32,000 nt of DNA from Xanthomonas campestris pv. campestris str. ATCC 33913. Its GTDB lineage: Bacteria > Pseudomonadota > Gammaproteobacteria > Xanthomonadales > Xanthomonadaceae. The position numbers and the translations under genes are program-made. How positions within the stretch are numbered: the first letter of the stretch is position 1; every line of letters starts with the position of its first letter. This document shows, one piece after another, positions 1-9,488 of the stretch. The stretch covers positions 1,087,436 to 1,119,435 of the forward strand of contig NC_003902.1 in assembly GCF_000007145.1 (NCBI RefSeq). The letters run 5' to 3'. The notes under the pieces are model-generated. The model ran no database searches and was not told the origin of the DNA. It was given only the letters and a program-made list of their open reading frames with translations.

Positions 1-507
1 GATGGCGATGGATCCCACGCCGCCCGCGCCGCCGATGATCAACAGGTGTTTGCCACGGTTGCGCGCGCCGTCGAACGCGAACGGCATGCGCTGGAACAGC
101 AACTCCCACGCAGTAAGCGTGGTCAGTGGCATCGCGGCGGCCTGCGCAAAGCTCAGCGACGTCGGCTTGCAGCCGGCGATGCGCGCATCCACCAAGTGAT
201 ATTCGGCGTTGCTGCCCTGGCGCCCGCTATCTCCTGCGTAATAGACCTCGTCGCCGACCGCAAACGCGGTGACGTCCGGGCCCACGGCTTCAACCACGCC
301 AGCGGCGTCGAAGCCCAGCACCTTCGGTGCGGCAAGGGTTTGCGCCTTGGGCGCGCGCAGCTTGGTATCGACCGGATTCACCGACACCGCTTCGACACGT
401 ACCAATAAGTCATACCCGGCCGGTGCGGATGGCGCTGGCAGGTCCATGTCAAGCAGGGACGCGGGGTCGTCGATCGGGAGGTAATGGGTGAGGGCGACGG
501 CTTTCAT
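1..507 (-). CDS. Zinc-type MDR-superfamily alcohol dehydrogenase / quinone oxidoreductase-like protein, N-terminal 169 codons (3' end lies beyond the window start)
   Basis: Not in the supplied ORF track because it runs off the edge. My reverse-complement translation from ATG (507-505) reads MKAVALTHYLPIDDPASLLDMDLPAPSAPAGYDLLVRVEAVSVNPVDTKLRAPK...GFDAAGVVEAVGPDVTAFAVGDEVYYAG...GKHLLIIGGAGGVGSIAI. This is a GroES-like ADH N-domain followed by a GxGxxG Rossmann motif. The frame stays open to position 1. Confidence 0.8.
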   Translation of the reverse strand, partial: MKAVALTHYLPIDDPASLLDMDLPAPSAPAGYDLLVRVEAVSVNPVDTKLRAPKAQTLAAPKVLGFDAAGVVEAVGPDVTAFAVGDEVYYAGDSGRQGSNAEYHLVDARIAGCKPTSLSFAQAAAMPLTTLTAWELLFQRMPFAFDGARNRGKHLLIIGGAGGVGSIAI

Positions 508-921
508 CGGAGCGCTCCTAGTGGGGAGTTCAGGGTGCGTTGTGTGGGAAGTTCCCCGCAACCACCAACCCCACAATTCAGGTCGGGCGGGCCTTTCCGT
601 TCACCAACGTGCACTTGGACACGGTCTTCACGCACCTGCCCAAGGCGTTCAACCGACGTATTCAACTGGGTAAATTGGGGTGGCGTTCATCTGCACTGCA
701 TGTCCGAACTGGGCGCCCGGTCGCACTCCTCATAAAGCTGTATACGTAGGATTAGCAGCGTTTGCGGCGGGCGGCATTTGCTTTCACATGTTATATGACC
801 GTTAACGCGATCTTCACTAAGCCCGGCTTAATCTGCGCCCCGATGGCTCTGGATGTGACGAGCATCTTTTACCAAGAACAACGCCTCTATCGGTTTATCT
901 CCCAAAGAAGGAGCTGTATAC

Positions 922-2019
922 ATGAACAAGAAAATTCTCACTGCCGCGTTGCTCGGCGGTCTGGCGGTTGCCCAGGCTGCTTCCGCGCAGGAGTTCGATG
1001 ACCGTTGGTACCTGACCGGTAGCGCTGGCTTCAACTTCCAGGACAGCGATCGTCTGACCAATGATGCTCCGTTCGTCACCCTGGGTCTGGGCAAGTTCGT
1101 TAGCCCGAACTGGTCGATCGACGGCGAGCTGAACTATCAGAACCCGAACTTCGATGCCAACCAGGACCAGAACTGGAGCCAGTACGGCATCTCGTTCGAC
1201 CTGCGTCGCCACTTCATCGCCGAAGGCCGCGGCTGGAACCCCTACCTGCTGTTCGGTCTGGGCTATCAGCGTTCGGAAGAAGAGTTCGACGCCACCCCGA
1301 ACCCGGTTTCGCCGGGCCAGCAGAAGGACGGCAACTTTGCCGCCAAGGCTGGTGTCGGTCTGCAGACCACCTTCGACAAGCGCGTTGCCGTGCGTGCAGA
1401 ACTGGCCTACCGCGCCGACTTCAATGACCAGAGCGTTGCTGCTCCGCAGGAAGACTGGTTCGGCGACGTGCTGGCTTCGGTCGGCGTCGTGATCCCGCTG
1501 GGACCTGCTCCGTCGACGGCTCCGCCGCCGGCTCCGGCTCCGGTTGCTCCGAGCTGCGCCGATCTGGATGACGACGGTGACGGCGTCAACAACTGCGACG
1601 ACAAGTGCCCGACCTCCCAGCCTGGCCAGACCATCGGTCCGGACGGCTGCCCGGTGCCTGTGTCGATCGACCTGAAGGGCGTGAACTTCGACTTCAACAA
1701 GTCGACCCTGCGTCCGGATGCTGTGTCGATCCTGAGCGAAGCGACCGAGATCCTGAAGCGTTACCCCGACCTGAAGGTCGAGGTTGCCGGTCACACCGAC
1801 TCGAAGGGCACCGACGCGTACAACCAGAAGCTGTCCGAGCGTCGTGCGACGACCGTGTATGACTACCTGACCAAGAACGGCGTTGATGCGTCGCGTCTGG
1901 TTGGCCCGATCGGCTACGGCGAGAGCCGTCCGATTGCTCCGAACGCCAACCCGGATGGTTCCGACAATCCGGAAGGCCGTGCGAAGAACCGTCGTACCGA
2001 GCTGAACGTCCAGAACTAA
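922..2019 (+). CDS. mopB: Major outer-membrane protein of the OmpA family: N-terminal beta-barrel, Pro-rich hinge, thrombospondin type-3-like Ca-binding repeat, C-terminal OmpA peptidoglycan-binding domain
   Basis: 365-aa ORF with AAGGAG at 908-913, 8 nt before the ATG. Signal peptide MNKKILTAALLGGLAVAQAASA/QE. Hinge PAPSTAPPPAPAPVAP. Repeat CADLDDDGDGVNNCDDKCP. OmpA_C signature FDFNKSTLRPD...VEVAGHTDSKGTDAYNQKLSERRA...NRRTEL. The gene symbol rests on my recollection of the Xanthomonas MopB N-terminus and is tentative; the family call is firm. Confidence 0.9.
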   Translation: MNKKILTAALLGGLAVAQAASAQEFDDRWYLTGSAGFNFQDSDRLTNDAPFVTLGLGKFVSPNWSIDGELNYQNPNFDANQDQNWSQYGISFDLRRHFIAEGRGWNPYLLFGLGYQRSEEEFDATPNPVSPGQQKDGNFAAKAGVGLQTTFDKRVAVRAELAYRADFNDQSVAAPQEDWFGDVLASVGVVIPLGPAPSTAPPPAPAPVAPSCADLDDDGDGVNNCDDKCPTSQPGQTIGPDGCPVPVSIDLKGVNFDFNKSTLRPDAVSILSEATEILKRYPDLKVEVAGHTDSKGTDAYNQKLSERRATTVYDYLTKNGVDASRLVGPIGYGESRPIAPNANPDGSDNPEGRAKNRRTELNVQN

Positions 2020-2044
2020 TTGGACTGCTAGCTGCTTCATACAG

Positions 2045-2071
2045 AACCCGGCCTCGTGCCGGGTTTTGTCT
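2045..2071 (+). terminator. Rho-independent terminator of the OmpA-family gene
   Basis: Stem CCCGGC (2047-2052), loop CTCGT, stem GCCGGG (2058-2063), followed by TTTT at 2064-2067. It lies 28 nt after the stop codon. Confidence 0.85.
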
Positions 2072-2208
2072 TTGTGGGGCCGGCAATCGCGCCGCCCTGC
2101 GGCGCAAATCCTGTCTGTGTTGCGATCCAGGCACGGTTCCGGTTGAAACGGCGTTCATCGCTGCCTACACTCGCCGCGTCGACATACCACCCATTGGAAG
2201 AATTCACG

Positions 2209-2721
2209 ATGCTGCGTACCGCTACGGCAGGACTGTTCTGTCTCGCTTTGATTCCCGCCGCCTACGCCGCTCCGAACTGCACTGGCAGCACGGTGTCCCA
2301 GCCACTGCCGCTGCCTGCTACCGTGATCGCACCGGCGGCCGCCGAGTTCTACACCCGCAGCGTGCAGCTGGGCATGCCCACCGGCGTGCTGGCGCAGCCC
2401 TACACCAGCGAGCAGTCGGTGGACCGCGTGTTGCTGCGTCTGCGCGTGGAAGGCTGCCAGGACCTGGCCAAGGCCATGCCGGCGGGCGGCACCGTCAATC
2501 CGAACGATCCGGCGGCCTACAAGGCCACCACCGCGTTCGATAACACCCCGTGGCGCTTCGACATGAGCCAGAACGGCAAGCGCATGACGGCCGAAGAGTT
2601 CGACGCCTGGATGAAGGCGCGCGGCGTGCGCGTGGTCAAGGCGCGTCCGGTTGCCGGCGCAGCGCCTGCAGCAGCGACGCCGGCCCCGGCGGCCGACGCC
2701 AAGCCGGTCGAGAACAAGTAA
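2209..2721 (+). CDS. Secreted hypothetical protein (170 aa) with an Ala/Pro-rich C-terminal tail
   Basis: Internal ATG at 2209 of ORF 2056-2721, preceded by GGAAG (2196-2200). The N-terminus MLRTATAGLFCLALIPAAYA/AP is a typical Sec signal. I recognise no family. Confidence 0.65.
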   Translation: MLRTATAGLFCLALIPAAYAAPNCTGSTVSQPLPLPATVIAPAAAEFYTRSVQLGMPTGVLAQPYTSEQSVDRVLLRLRVEGCQDLAKAMPAGGTVNPNDPAAYKATTAFDNTPWRFDMSQNGKRMTAEEFDAWMKARGVRVVKARPVAGAAPAAATPAPAADAKPVENK

Positions 2722-2738
2722 GCCCCGGAGCGGACGCG

Positions 2739-3596
2739 ATGCCCCGGCGACATGCGCCGGCAGCATCCCGGCAACGCCGTGCTGGCAAGGCGCCCGCTGG
2801 CGCGCGCGCTGGTGCAGGCAGCGCCACACCCACGCCGCGGCATAGTCTGGCGCGGGTGCTGTCCAAGCTGGGCGTGTGTTCGCGGACCGAGGCTGCGCGC
2901 TGGGTTGCCGATGGGCGGGTCAGCGTAGCGGGCCGGGTGGTGCGCGATCCGGAGTTCCCGCTGCGCGCGGATCAACACGACGGCATTGCCATCGATGGTC
3001 AGCCCCTGGCCGGACCCGCGCGGCTGTACCTGATGCTCAACAAGCCGCGTGGCGTGGTCACCACGGTGCGCGACGAGCAGGGCAGGGACACCGTCTACCG
3101 CTGCTTCGACGGCGCCGGGCTGCCATGGCTGGCACCGGTGGGGCGGCTGGACAAGGCCAGCGAGGGGCTGCTGCTTTTCAGCAACGACCCGCAATGGGCC
3201 GCCGCCGTGACCGACCCGGCGACCGGCCCGGACAAGACCTATCACGTGCAGGTGGATTGCCGCCCGGATGCGCTGCAGCTGGCGCGCATGCACGACGGCG
3301 TGGCCGATACCGACCCCGAGAGCGATGGCAGCCTGCTGCGCGCCAAGCAGGTGCGTGTGCTGCGCGAAGGTGAGCGCAATGCCTGGCTGGAAATCGTGCT
3401 GGATGAAGGCCGCAACCGGCAGATCCGTCGCTTGCTCGCAGCACTGGAGATTGGTGTCTTGCGCCTGGTGCGCGTGGCGATCGGCCCGTTGGCGATGGGC
3501 GAGCTGGGCAAGGGCAGCTGGCGTCTGCTCAGCGCTGCCGAAGTCAGGGCATTGGCACCGGCGGCACAGGCCGCCAGCGCGCCAGCCGCGCGTTGA
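2739..3596 (+). CDS. Pseudouridine synthase, RsuA/RluB/RluE/RluF family, with an S4-like RNA-binding N-domain and an Arg-rich N-terminal extension
   Basis: ATG at 2739 within ORF 2550-3596, 18 nt after the upstream stop. S4-like segment LARVLSKLGVCSRTEAARWVADGRVSVAGRVV. Catalytic motif VGRLDKASEGLLLFSND. Also NKPRGVVTT and GRNRQIRR. The exact rRNA target is not assignable from sequence. Confidence 0.85.
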   Translation: MPRRHAPAASRQRRAGKAPAGARAGAGSATPTPRHSLARVLSKLGVCSRTEAARWVADGRVSVAGRVVRDPEFPLRADQHDGIAIDGQPLAGPARLYLMLNKPRGVVTTVRDEQGRDTVYRCFDGAGLPWLAPVGRLDKASEGLLLFSNDPQWAAAVTDPATGPDKTYHVQVDCRPDALQLARMHDGVADTDPESDGSLLRAKQVRVLREGERNAWLEIVLDEGRNRQIRRLLAALEIGVLRLVRVAIGPLAMGELGKGSWRLLSAAEVRALAPAAQAASAPAAR

Positions 3597-3939
3597 GCAA
3601 GGCCGTCACCACCTCAACGGCCCGTGCGTCGCCTGCGCCGTTGGCATCGTGCCGGCGGCCCTTGGCGTGATTGCAGCTGGCGCAGGCCAGCGCCAGGTTG
3701 CGTGCGTCGTTGGGGTCGTCTCCCACCTGGGCACACAGCGGCGCTGCCGCGCGGCGGCCAAACCAGGCCTGCGGCACCACGTGTTCCAGCGTGGTGTGCC
3801 CGAGCGGTTCGCCATCGGCGCGCACCGACAGGCGCCGCCGGCAGTGCAGGCAGCGGGTTTCCCAACCGCCTGCCTGCAACTGGGCCTGCGCATCGGTCTG
3901 CGCAGCCAGCAGCAGGCGCTGGCGCAGCACCGTGCGCAT
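3544..3939 (-). CDS. Small HNH-family nuclease-like protein (131 aa) with two CxxC pairs
   Basis: C-terminal third of track ORF 3544-4509(-), starting at ATG 3939-3937, only 2 nt after the kbl stop (3942-3944). Sequence: MRTVLRQRLLLAAQ...RCLHCRRRL...TLEHVVPQAW...NDARNLALACASCNHAKG. This gives CxxC...H...N...CxxCNxxK, a classical HNH/zinc-ribbon signature. Confidence 0.75.
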   Translation of the reverse strand: MRTVLRQRLLLAAQTDAQAQLQAGGWETRCLHCRRRLSVRADGEPLGHTTLEHVVPQAWFGRRAAAPLCAQVGDDPNDARNLALACASCNHAKGRRHDANGAGDARAVEVVTALLNARLARWRPVPPVPMP

Positions 3940-3941
3940 GC

Positions 3942-5150
3942 TCAGCCGCCGATGACCTTGAGCTCGTGACCGATCCGGGTGAAGGCGTCGATCGCCTGAT
4001 CCAACTGCTCGCGGGTGTGCGCGGCGCTGATCTGGGTGCGGATGCGCGCCTGCCCCTTGGGCACCACCGGGAAGAAGAAGCCGATGGCGTAGATGCCTTC
4101 TTCGAGCAGGCGCTCGGCAAAGCGCTGCGCCAGCGGTGCGTCGTACAGCATGACCGGGCTGATCGGATGCACGCCGGGCTTCACGTCGAAGCCGGCAGCG
4201 GTCATGCGCTCGCGGAAGTAGCGGGTGTTTTCCACCAGCTGCGTGCGCAGCTCGCCGGCCGCGTCCAGCATCTCGAAGGCCTTGATGCCGGCAGCCACCA
4301 CGTGCGGCGGCAGCGAGTTGGAGAACAGGTACGGCCGCGAGCGCTGGCGCAGCAGTTCGATGACTTCGCGCTTGGCGGTGGTGAAGCCGCCCAACGCGCC
4401 GCCCATTGCCTTGCCCAGCGTGCCGGTGAAGATATCGATCTGGTCCATCACGCCCTTGACCTCGGCCGAGCCGCGCCCGGTCGCGCCCAAAAAGCCGGTG
4501 GCGTGGCATTCGTCGATGTGCACCAGCGCGTTGTACTTGCGGGCCAGCGCGGTGATTTCATCCAGCGGGGCGATGAAGCCGTCCATCGAGAACACGCCGT
4601 CACTGGTGATCAGCTTGGTCTTGCAGCCGGCGGCGTCGGCGGCCTGCAGCTGTGTTTCCAGATCGGCCATGTCGCAGTTGGCGTAGCGGAAGCGCTTGGC
4701 CTTGCACAGGCGCACGCCATCGATGATGGAGGCGTGGTTGAGCGCATCGGAAATGATGGCGTCATGCTCGCCGAGCAGCGGCTCGAACAGGCCGCCGTTG
4801 GCATCGAAGCAGGCGGCGTAGAGGATGGTGTCTTCGGTGCCGAAGAAGTCGGCGATGGTGCGTTCGAGCTGCTTGTGCAGGTCCTGGGTGCCGCAGATGA
4901 AACGCACCGAGGCCATGCCGAAGCCGTGGGTGTCCAGTGCATCCTTGGCGGCCTGGATGATGTCCGGATGGTCGGCCAGGCCAAGATAATTGTTGGCGCA
5001 GAAGTTCAGCACGCTGCGGCCGTCGGCCAGCGTGATCTGTGCCGACTGCGGGCCGGTGATGATGCGCTCGGACTTGAACAGCCCCTGGGACTGGATCGAT
5101 TCCAGTTCGGCGGCGTAATGGGCGGTCAGCGCGGCGGGAGCGTTGGTCAT
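3942..5150 (-). CDS. kbl: 2-amino-3-ketobutyrate CoA ligase (glycine C-acetyltransferase), PLP-dependent
   Basis: ORF 3942-5192(-). From ATG 5150 ([62 protein letters not shown]...) the protein is collinear along its whole length with E. coli Kbl as I remember it (...[13 protein letters not shown]..., [61 protein letters not shown]). The product is 402 aa against 398 aa in E. coli. Confidence 0.95.
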   Translation of the reverse strand: MTNAPAALTAHYAAELESIQSQGLFKSERIITGPQSAQITLADGRSVLNFCANNYLGLADHPDIIQAAKDALDTHGFGMASVRFICGTQDLHKQLERTIADFFGTEDTILYAACFDANGGLFEPLLGEHDAIISDALNHASIIDGVRLCKAKRFRYANCDMADLETQLQAADAAGCKTKLITSDGVFSMDGFIAPLDEITALARKYNALVHIDECHATGFLGATGRGSAEVKGVMDQIDIFTGTLGKAMGGALGGFTTAKREVIELLRQRSRPYLFSNSLPPHVVAAGIKAFEMLDAAGELRTQLVENTRYFRERMTAAGFDVKPGVHPISPVMLYDAPLAQRFAERLLEEGIYAIGFFFPVVPKGQARIRTQISAAHTREQLDQAIDAFTRIGHELKVIGG

Positions 5151-5322
5151 GGCGATCGCAGTGGCAGGAAGAGGCGCAATTTTAACGATCACGGTGGCAT
5201 ACCACTACGTCATGCAAAATTGGCATAAGCGCCGGCGTGGATGTCATTTCACCGGCCGCGTGCCGCTGCGCAGCATGGCATGCTTGCTGTTCAGGCTGCG
5301 CCCCATCGGCCAGGAGATCGTT

Positions 5323-6342
5323 GTGACCCATTCCCGCTTCCGCCTTATTGCCGCGGTGTTCGGCACGCTGCTGGCCCTGGCCGGCCCGGCTGCCGCCCGT
5401 GAGATCAATCTGCTCAACGTCAGTTACGACCCCACCCGCGAGTTCTATCGCGAGTACAACACGGCCTTTGCTGCGCAATGGAAGCAGCAGCATCCGCAAG
5501 ACACCGTCAGTGTGGAGACCTCGCACGGCGGCAGCGGCAAGCAGGCGCGCGCGGTGATCGATGGCATCGAGGCCGACGTGGTCACGCTGGCGCTGGCCTA
5601 CGACGTGGATGCGATCGCGCAGAAGGCCGAGCTGATCGACACCGCGTGGGAAAAGCGCCTGCCCGACAACAGTGCGCCGTACACCTCGACCATTGTGTTT
5701 CTTGTGCGCAAGGGCAACCCGAAGAACATCAAGGACTGGCCGGACCTGCTGCGCTCCGGCGTGTCGGTGGTGACGCCCAACCCAAAGACCTCCGGCGGTG
5801 CACGCTGGAACTATCTGGCGGCCTGGGCCTGCGCGGACCACATCTTCAAGGGCGACCGCGAGCGCACCCTGCGCTACATGCGCGCGCTGTTCCGCAACGT
5901 GCCGGTATTGGATACAGGCGCACGCGGCGCCACCACCACTTTTGCCCAGCGCGGCATTGGCGATGTGTTGCTGGCCTGGGAGAACGAGGCCCTGCTGGCC
6001 AGCCAGGAACTGGGCAAGGACAAGTTCGAGATCGTGGTGCCGAAGCTGTCGATCCTGGCCGAGCCTTCGGTGGCGCTGGTGGACAAGAACGTCGACAAGC
6101 ATGGCACCCGCGATGTGGCCGAAGCCTATCTGCGGTTTCTCTATGCACCCGAAGGCCAGAAGCTGGCCGCCAAGCACTTCTACCGCCCGCGCCATCCGGA
6201 ATTTGCCGACCGCAATGACCTGGCGCGGTTCCCGGACATCAAGCTGGTGACCATCCAGGAGGCATTTGGCTCCTGGGACAAGGCGCAGCAGGAACATTTC
6301 GCCGACGGTGGGTTGTTCGACCAGATCCAGGCCAGCAAGTAG
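5323..6342 (+). CDS. sbp: Periplasmic sulfate/thiosulfate-binding protein of the sulfate ABC transporter
   Basis: In-frame GTG at 5323 within ORF 5143-6342, with AGGAGA at 5312-5317 (5-nt spacer). Signal peptide [27 protein letters not shown]. The mature part ([17 protein letters not shown]...[15 protein letters not shown]...[19 protein letters not shown]) matches the Sbp/CysP family. An alternative ATG start exists at 5275. Confidence 0.9.
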   Translation: MTHSRFRLIAAVFGTLLALAGPAAAREINLLNVSYDPTREFYREYNTAFAAQWKQQHPQDTVSVETSHGGSGKQARAVIDGIEADVVTLALAYDVDAIAQKAELIDTAWEKRLPDNSAPYTSTIVFLVRKGNPKNIKDWPDLLRSGVSVVTPNPKTSGGARWNYLAAWACADHIFKGDRERTLRYMRALFRNVPVLDTGARGATTTFAQRGIGDVLLAWENEALLASQELGKDKFEIVVPKLSILAEPSVALVDKNVDKHGTRDVAEAYLRFLYAPEGQKLAAKHFYRPRHPEFADRNDLARFPDIKLVTIQEAFGSWDKAQQEHFADGGLFDQIQASK

Positions 6343-6345
6343 GCG

Positions 6346-7206
6346 ATGCAGATGTCGGTTGCACCCCCTCCGGCGCGGGCATCGCGCAGACGCGTGATGC
6401 CCGGTCTTGGACTGAGCCTGGGCATCACCCTGACCTGGCTGGGGCTGATCGTGTTGATTCCGCTGCTGGGTGTCTTCATCAAGACCAGCGGGCTGGGCTG
6501 GGATGGCCTGTGGCGGGTCTGGAGCGAGCCGCGCGTGCTGTCGGCGCTGCGGGTGAGCTTCGGCACGGCATTCGCGGCCGGTGCGTTCAACGCGGTGATG
6601 GGCACCTGGGTGGCCTGGGTGTTCGTGCGCTACCGCTTTCCCGGCAAGCGCCTGTTCGATGCGTTGATCGACCTGCCGTTCGCCTTGCCGACCGCGGTGG
6701 CCGGTATCGCGCTGACGGCGCTGTATGGGGGCAATGGCTGGGTGGGCCGCTGGCTGGAAGCGATTGGCATCAAGGTGGCCTATACGCAGCTCGGCATCGT
6801 GATTGCGCTGGTGTTCGTGGGGCTGCCGTTCGTGGTGCGGGTGGTGCAGCCGGTGCTGGCCGAGAGCGAGCGCGAAATCGAGGAAGCCGCGGCCACGCTG
6901 GGTGCCTCGCGCTGGCAGTTGGTCTGGCGGGTGGTGTTGCCGGCACTGTGGCCGGCGGTGCTGACCGGCTTTGCGCTGGCGTTTGCGCGTGGCGTGGGTG
7001 AATACGGCTCGGTGATCTTCATTGCCGGCAACCTGCCCAACGCGACCGAGATCGCGCCGCTGCTGATCACCATTCGCCTGGAGGAGTTCGACTACGCCGG
7101 CGCCACTGCGATTGCCGCGGCGATGCTGCTGCTGTCGTTCGTGATCTTGCTGGTGGTCAATACACTGCAGGCACGCCTGCTGCGCTATCAACGGAGCAGC
7201 GCATGA
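6346..7206 (+). CDS. cysU: Sulfate ABC transporter permease CysU (CysT)
   Basis: 286 aa, starting 4 nt after the sbp stop. Collinear with E. coli CysT: [66 protein letters not shown]. Confidence 0.95.
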   Translation: MQMSVAPPPARASRRRVMPGLGLSLGITLTWLGLIVLIPLLGVFIKTSGLGWDGLWRVWSEPRVLSALRVSFGTAFAAGAFNAVMGTWVAWVFVRYRFPGKRLFDALIDLPFALPTAVAGIALTALYGGNGWVGRWLEAIGIKVAYTQLGIVIALVFVGLPFVVRVVQPVLAESEREIEEAAATLGASRWQLVWRVVLPALWPAVLTGFALAFARGVGEYGSVIFIAGNLPNATEIAPLLITIRLEEFDYAGATAIAAAMLLLSFVILLVVNTLQARLLRYQRSSA

Positions 7207-8156
7207 CCGACGCCGTTTCGCCGCTGCCCACCATGCTGCAAAGCACTGCCACCGCCCGACAGGCACGCCGCATCACCGAGTCGGCCACCAGCGAGCCGCG
7301 CTGGGTGCAGTGGCTGATGATTCTTGGCGCATTGGGATTCTTGCTGGCCTTCCTGTTGCTGCCACTGGTGCTGGTGTTCGCCGAGGCGCTGCGTGGTGGC
7401 TGGGCGACATTTCTGCACGCGCTGGTCGATCCGGATGCGCTGTCGGCGATCAAGCTGACCTTGCTGGTCACCGCGGTGGTATTGCCGCTGAACCTGGTGT
7501 TTGGCGTGGCCGCCGCATGGGCGGTGAGCAAGCACCAGTTCCCGGGCAAACGCCTGCTGATCAGCCTCATCGACCTGCCGTTCTCGGTGTCGCCGGTGGT
7601 GGCGGGCTTGATCTTCGTGTTGATCTTCGGCCGCAACGGTTGGGCCTGGCCATTGATCTATGAAGGCTGGCGGGTGGAATTGCCGGCACTGGGCGTGGTG
7701 CTGATCCAGCTGCCGCGCATTGTGTTTGCGCTACCGGGCATCGTGCTGGCGACAACCTTTGTGACCTTTCCCTTCATCGCGCGCGAGCTGATGCCGCTGA
7801 TGGAGCAGCAGGGCAGTGACGAGGAACTGGCGGCACTGAGCCTGGGCGCCAACGGCTGGCAAATGTTTTGGCGCGTAACCGTGCCCAATATCCGCTGGGG
7901 CCTGTTGTATGGCGTGCTGCTGTGTGCGGCGCGGGCGATGGGCGAATTCGGCGCGGTGTCGGTGGTGTCCGGGCATATCCGTGGGCGCACCAATACGCTG
8001 CCGCTGCACGTGGAAATTCTCTACAACGAATACGCCTACAGCGCTGCGTTTGCATGCGCCTCGCTGCTGGCATTGACCGCGCTGCTGACCCTGGCGGTGA
8101 AGACATATCTGGAATGGCGGCATGGCGATGCGCTCGCCGCCAACCACCGCCACTGA
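7203..8156 (+). CDS. cysW: Sulfate ABC transporter permease CysW
   Basis: ATGA start/stop overlap with cysU (7203-7206). Matches E. coli CysW: [64 protein letters not shown]. Confidence 0.95.
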   Translation: MTDAVSPLPTMLQSTATARQARRITESATSEPRWVQWLMILGALGFLLAFLLLPLVLVFAEALRGGWATFLHALVDPDALSAIKLTLLVTAVVLPLNLVFGVAAAWAVSKHQFPGKRLLISLIDLPFSVSPVVAGLIFVLIFGRNGWAWPLIYEGWRVELPALGVVLIQLPRIVFALPGIVLATTFVTFPFIARELMPLMEQQGSDEELAALSLGANGWQMFWRVTVPNIRWGLLYGVLLCAARAMGEFGAVSVVSGHIRGRTNTLPLHVEILYNEYAYSAAFACASLLALTALLTLAVKTYLEWRHGDALAANHRH

Positions 8157-8163
8157 GGTGATC

Positions 8164-9195
8164 ATGGGCATCCGTATCAGCCATCTGCGCAAGCAGTTCG
8201 CAAGCTTCACCGCACTGGACGACATCACCCTGGACGTGCGCCAGGGCGAGTTGCTGGCGCTGCTGGGGCCGTCCGGCTCTGGCAAGACCACCTTGTTGCG
8301 CATCATGGCCGGGCTGGAGCATGCCGACGGCGGGCAGGTGTTGTTCGGCGACGAAGACGCCACCCGCATGAGCGTGCAGTCGCGGCGGGTGGGTTTCGTG
8401 TTTCAGCACTACGCGCTGTTCAAGCACATGGATGTGTTCGAGAACATCGCGTTCGGGCTGCGCGTGCGGCGCGGCAAGGAGCGCTGGGCCGAAGCGCGCA
8501 TCCGCGCACGCGTGGAAGAGCTGCTGGCGCTGGTGCAGTTGCAGGGCCTGGAGCAGCGTTACCCGACCCAGTTGTCTGGTGGGCAGCGTCAGCGCGTGGC
8601 GCTGGCGCGCGCGCTGGCCATTGAGCCGCGCGTGCTGCTGCTGGACGAGCCCTTTGGTGCCCTGGATGCACAGGTGCGCCGCGACCTGCGCCGCTGGCTG
8701 CGCGAATTGCACGAGCAAACCGGCTTGACCACGGTGTTCGTGACCCACGATCAGGAAGAAGCGCTGGAACTGGCCGACCGCGTGGCCATCCTCAACCGTG
8801 GCAGGATCGAACAACTCGATACGCCGGCGCGCGTCTACGACACGCCAGCGTCGCCGTTCGTGTACTCGTTCGTCGGTGCGGTGAACCGGATTCCGGGCGT
8901 GCTCGCGCACGGCCAGATCCAGGTGGCCGGTCATGCGCTGCCGTCGGCCAACCCCGCACTGGCTGCGGGCCCGGTAGAAGTCTACGTGCGCCCCGAGGAT
9001 CTGGTGCCGGACGCCGATGGCTGGCCGGCCACCGTGGCCTGGGCACAACGCAGCGGCGCCCGCCTGCGGGTGCGCGCCATCCTGGACGCGGCGGGCAATG
9101 AAGTGGAAGTGGAACTGCCGGCATCAGCGGGCACCATCACGGCAGGCCAGCAACTGCGGCTGGCTGCGCGGCATTACGGGGTGTTTCCGGCCTGA
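8164..9195 (+). CDS. cysA: Sulfate/thiosulfate ABC transporter ATP-binding protein CysA
   Basis: ATG at 8164 within ORF 8122-9195, with GAGG at 8155-8158. Walker [13 protein letters not shown] signature [15 protein letters not shown], Walker [12 protein letters not shown], and a C-terminal regulatory domain typical of CysA. Confidence 0.95.
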   Translation: MGIRISHLRKQFASFTALDDITLDVRQGELLALLGPSGSGKTTLLRIMAGLEHADGGQVLFGDEDATRMSVQSRRVGFVFQHYALFKHMDVFENIAFGLRVRRGKERWAEARIRARVEELLALVQLQGLEQRYPTQLSGGQRQRVALARALAIEPRVLLLDEPFGALDAQVRRDLRRWLRELHEQTGLTTVFVTHDQEEALELADRVAILNRGRIEQLDTPARVYDTPASPFVYSFVGAVNRIPGVLAHGQIQVAGHALPSANPALAAGPVEVYVRPEDLVPDADGWPATVAWAQRSGARLRVRAILDAAGNEVEVELPASAGTITAGQQLRLAARHYGVFPA

Positions 9196-9488
9196 TGCAT
9201 CGCCGGTTGGCGCTGGGTTGTTGAGCTCGAATGCGTGAGTGGTTAGCGGTGAGCGCGGTTGTCAGTTCGCGTCGTTCGCGCGTGGCTGTGACGCGTCGGT
9301 GCGCGCATCAAGATTGGGCGTCGGCGGTCGATGAAAGGGAGGCTGAGTCGCACGGCCTGCCGTCGAAGGATGTGCGCCAGGTCAAGCGAGCGCGACATTT
9401 ATGTTGCACTGCAATGGCAGTTGGACTAATAAGTCTGTGCAGTCTCGCTTCATGCAATCCGACCGCCCACCGCTCCAGGAGATGCCCG

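Noticed and set aside
597-690. Three copies of (C/G)CGTTCA, at about 597, 645 and 683, in the 414-bp region upstream of the OmpA-family gene, considered as regulator binding sites.
   Set aside because: The motif is short (7 nt) with irregular spacing (48 and 38 bp), and such matches are easily expected by chance. I also could not define a convincing -35/-10 pair for this gene, so no promoter feature is reported.
895-2040. A 381-aa minus-strand ORF antisense to the OmpA-family gene. Similar very long antisense or out-of-frame ORFs occur elsewhere: 3624-5228(+), 5182-7266(-, 694 aa), 7774-9048(-), 11755-13107(+), 13231-14340(+), 14752-16242(-), 18768-20036(-), 20071-21177(-), 22013-23296(-), 29836-30978(+).
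   Set aside because: These are typical shadow ORFs of a ~65% GC genome. Their translations are dominated by Arg/Gly/Ala/His/Pro runs with no motifs. Each one lies entirely opposite a gene with an unambiguous, full-length family match.
3544-4509. A 321-aa minus-strand ORF treated as one gene.
   Set aside because: Its upstream two thirds are an alternative frame of kbl with Arg/Gly-rich nonsense sequence. Only the last 131 codons, from ATG 3939, lie outside kbl and carry the HNH motifs.
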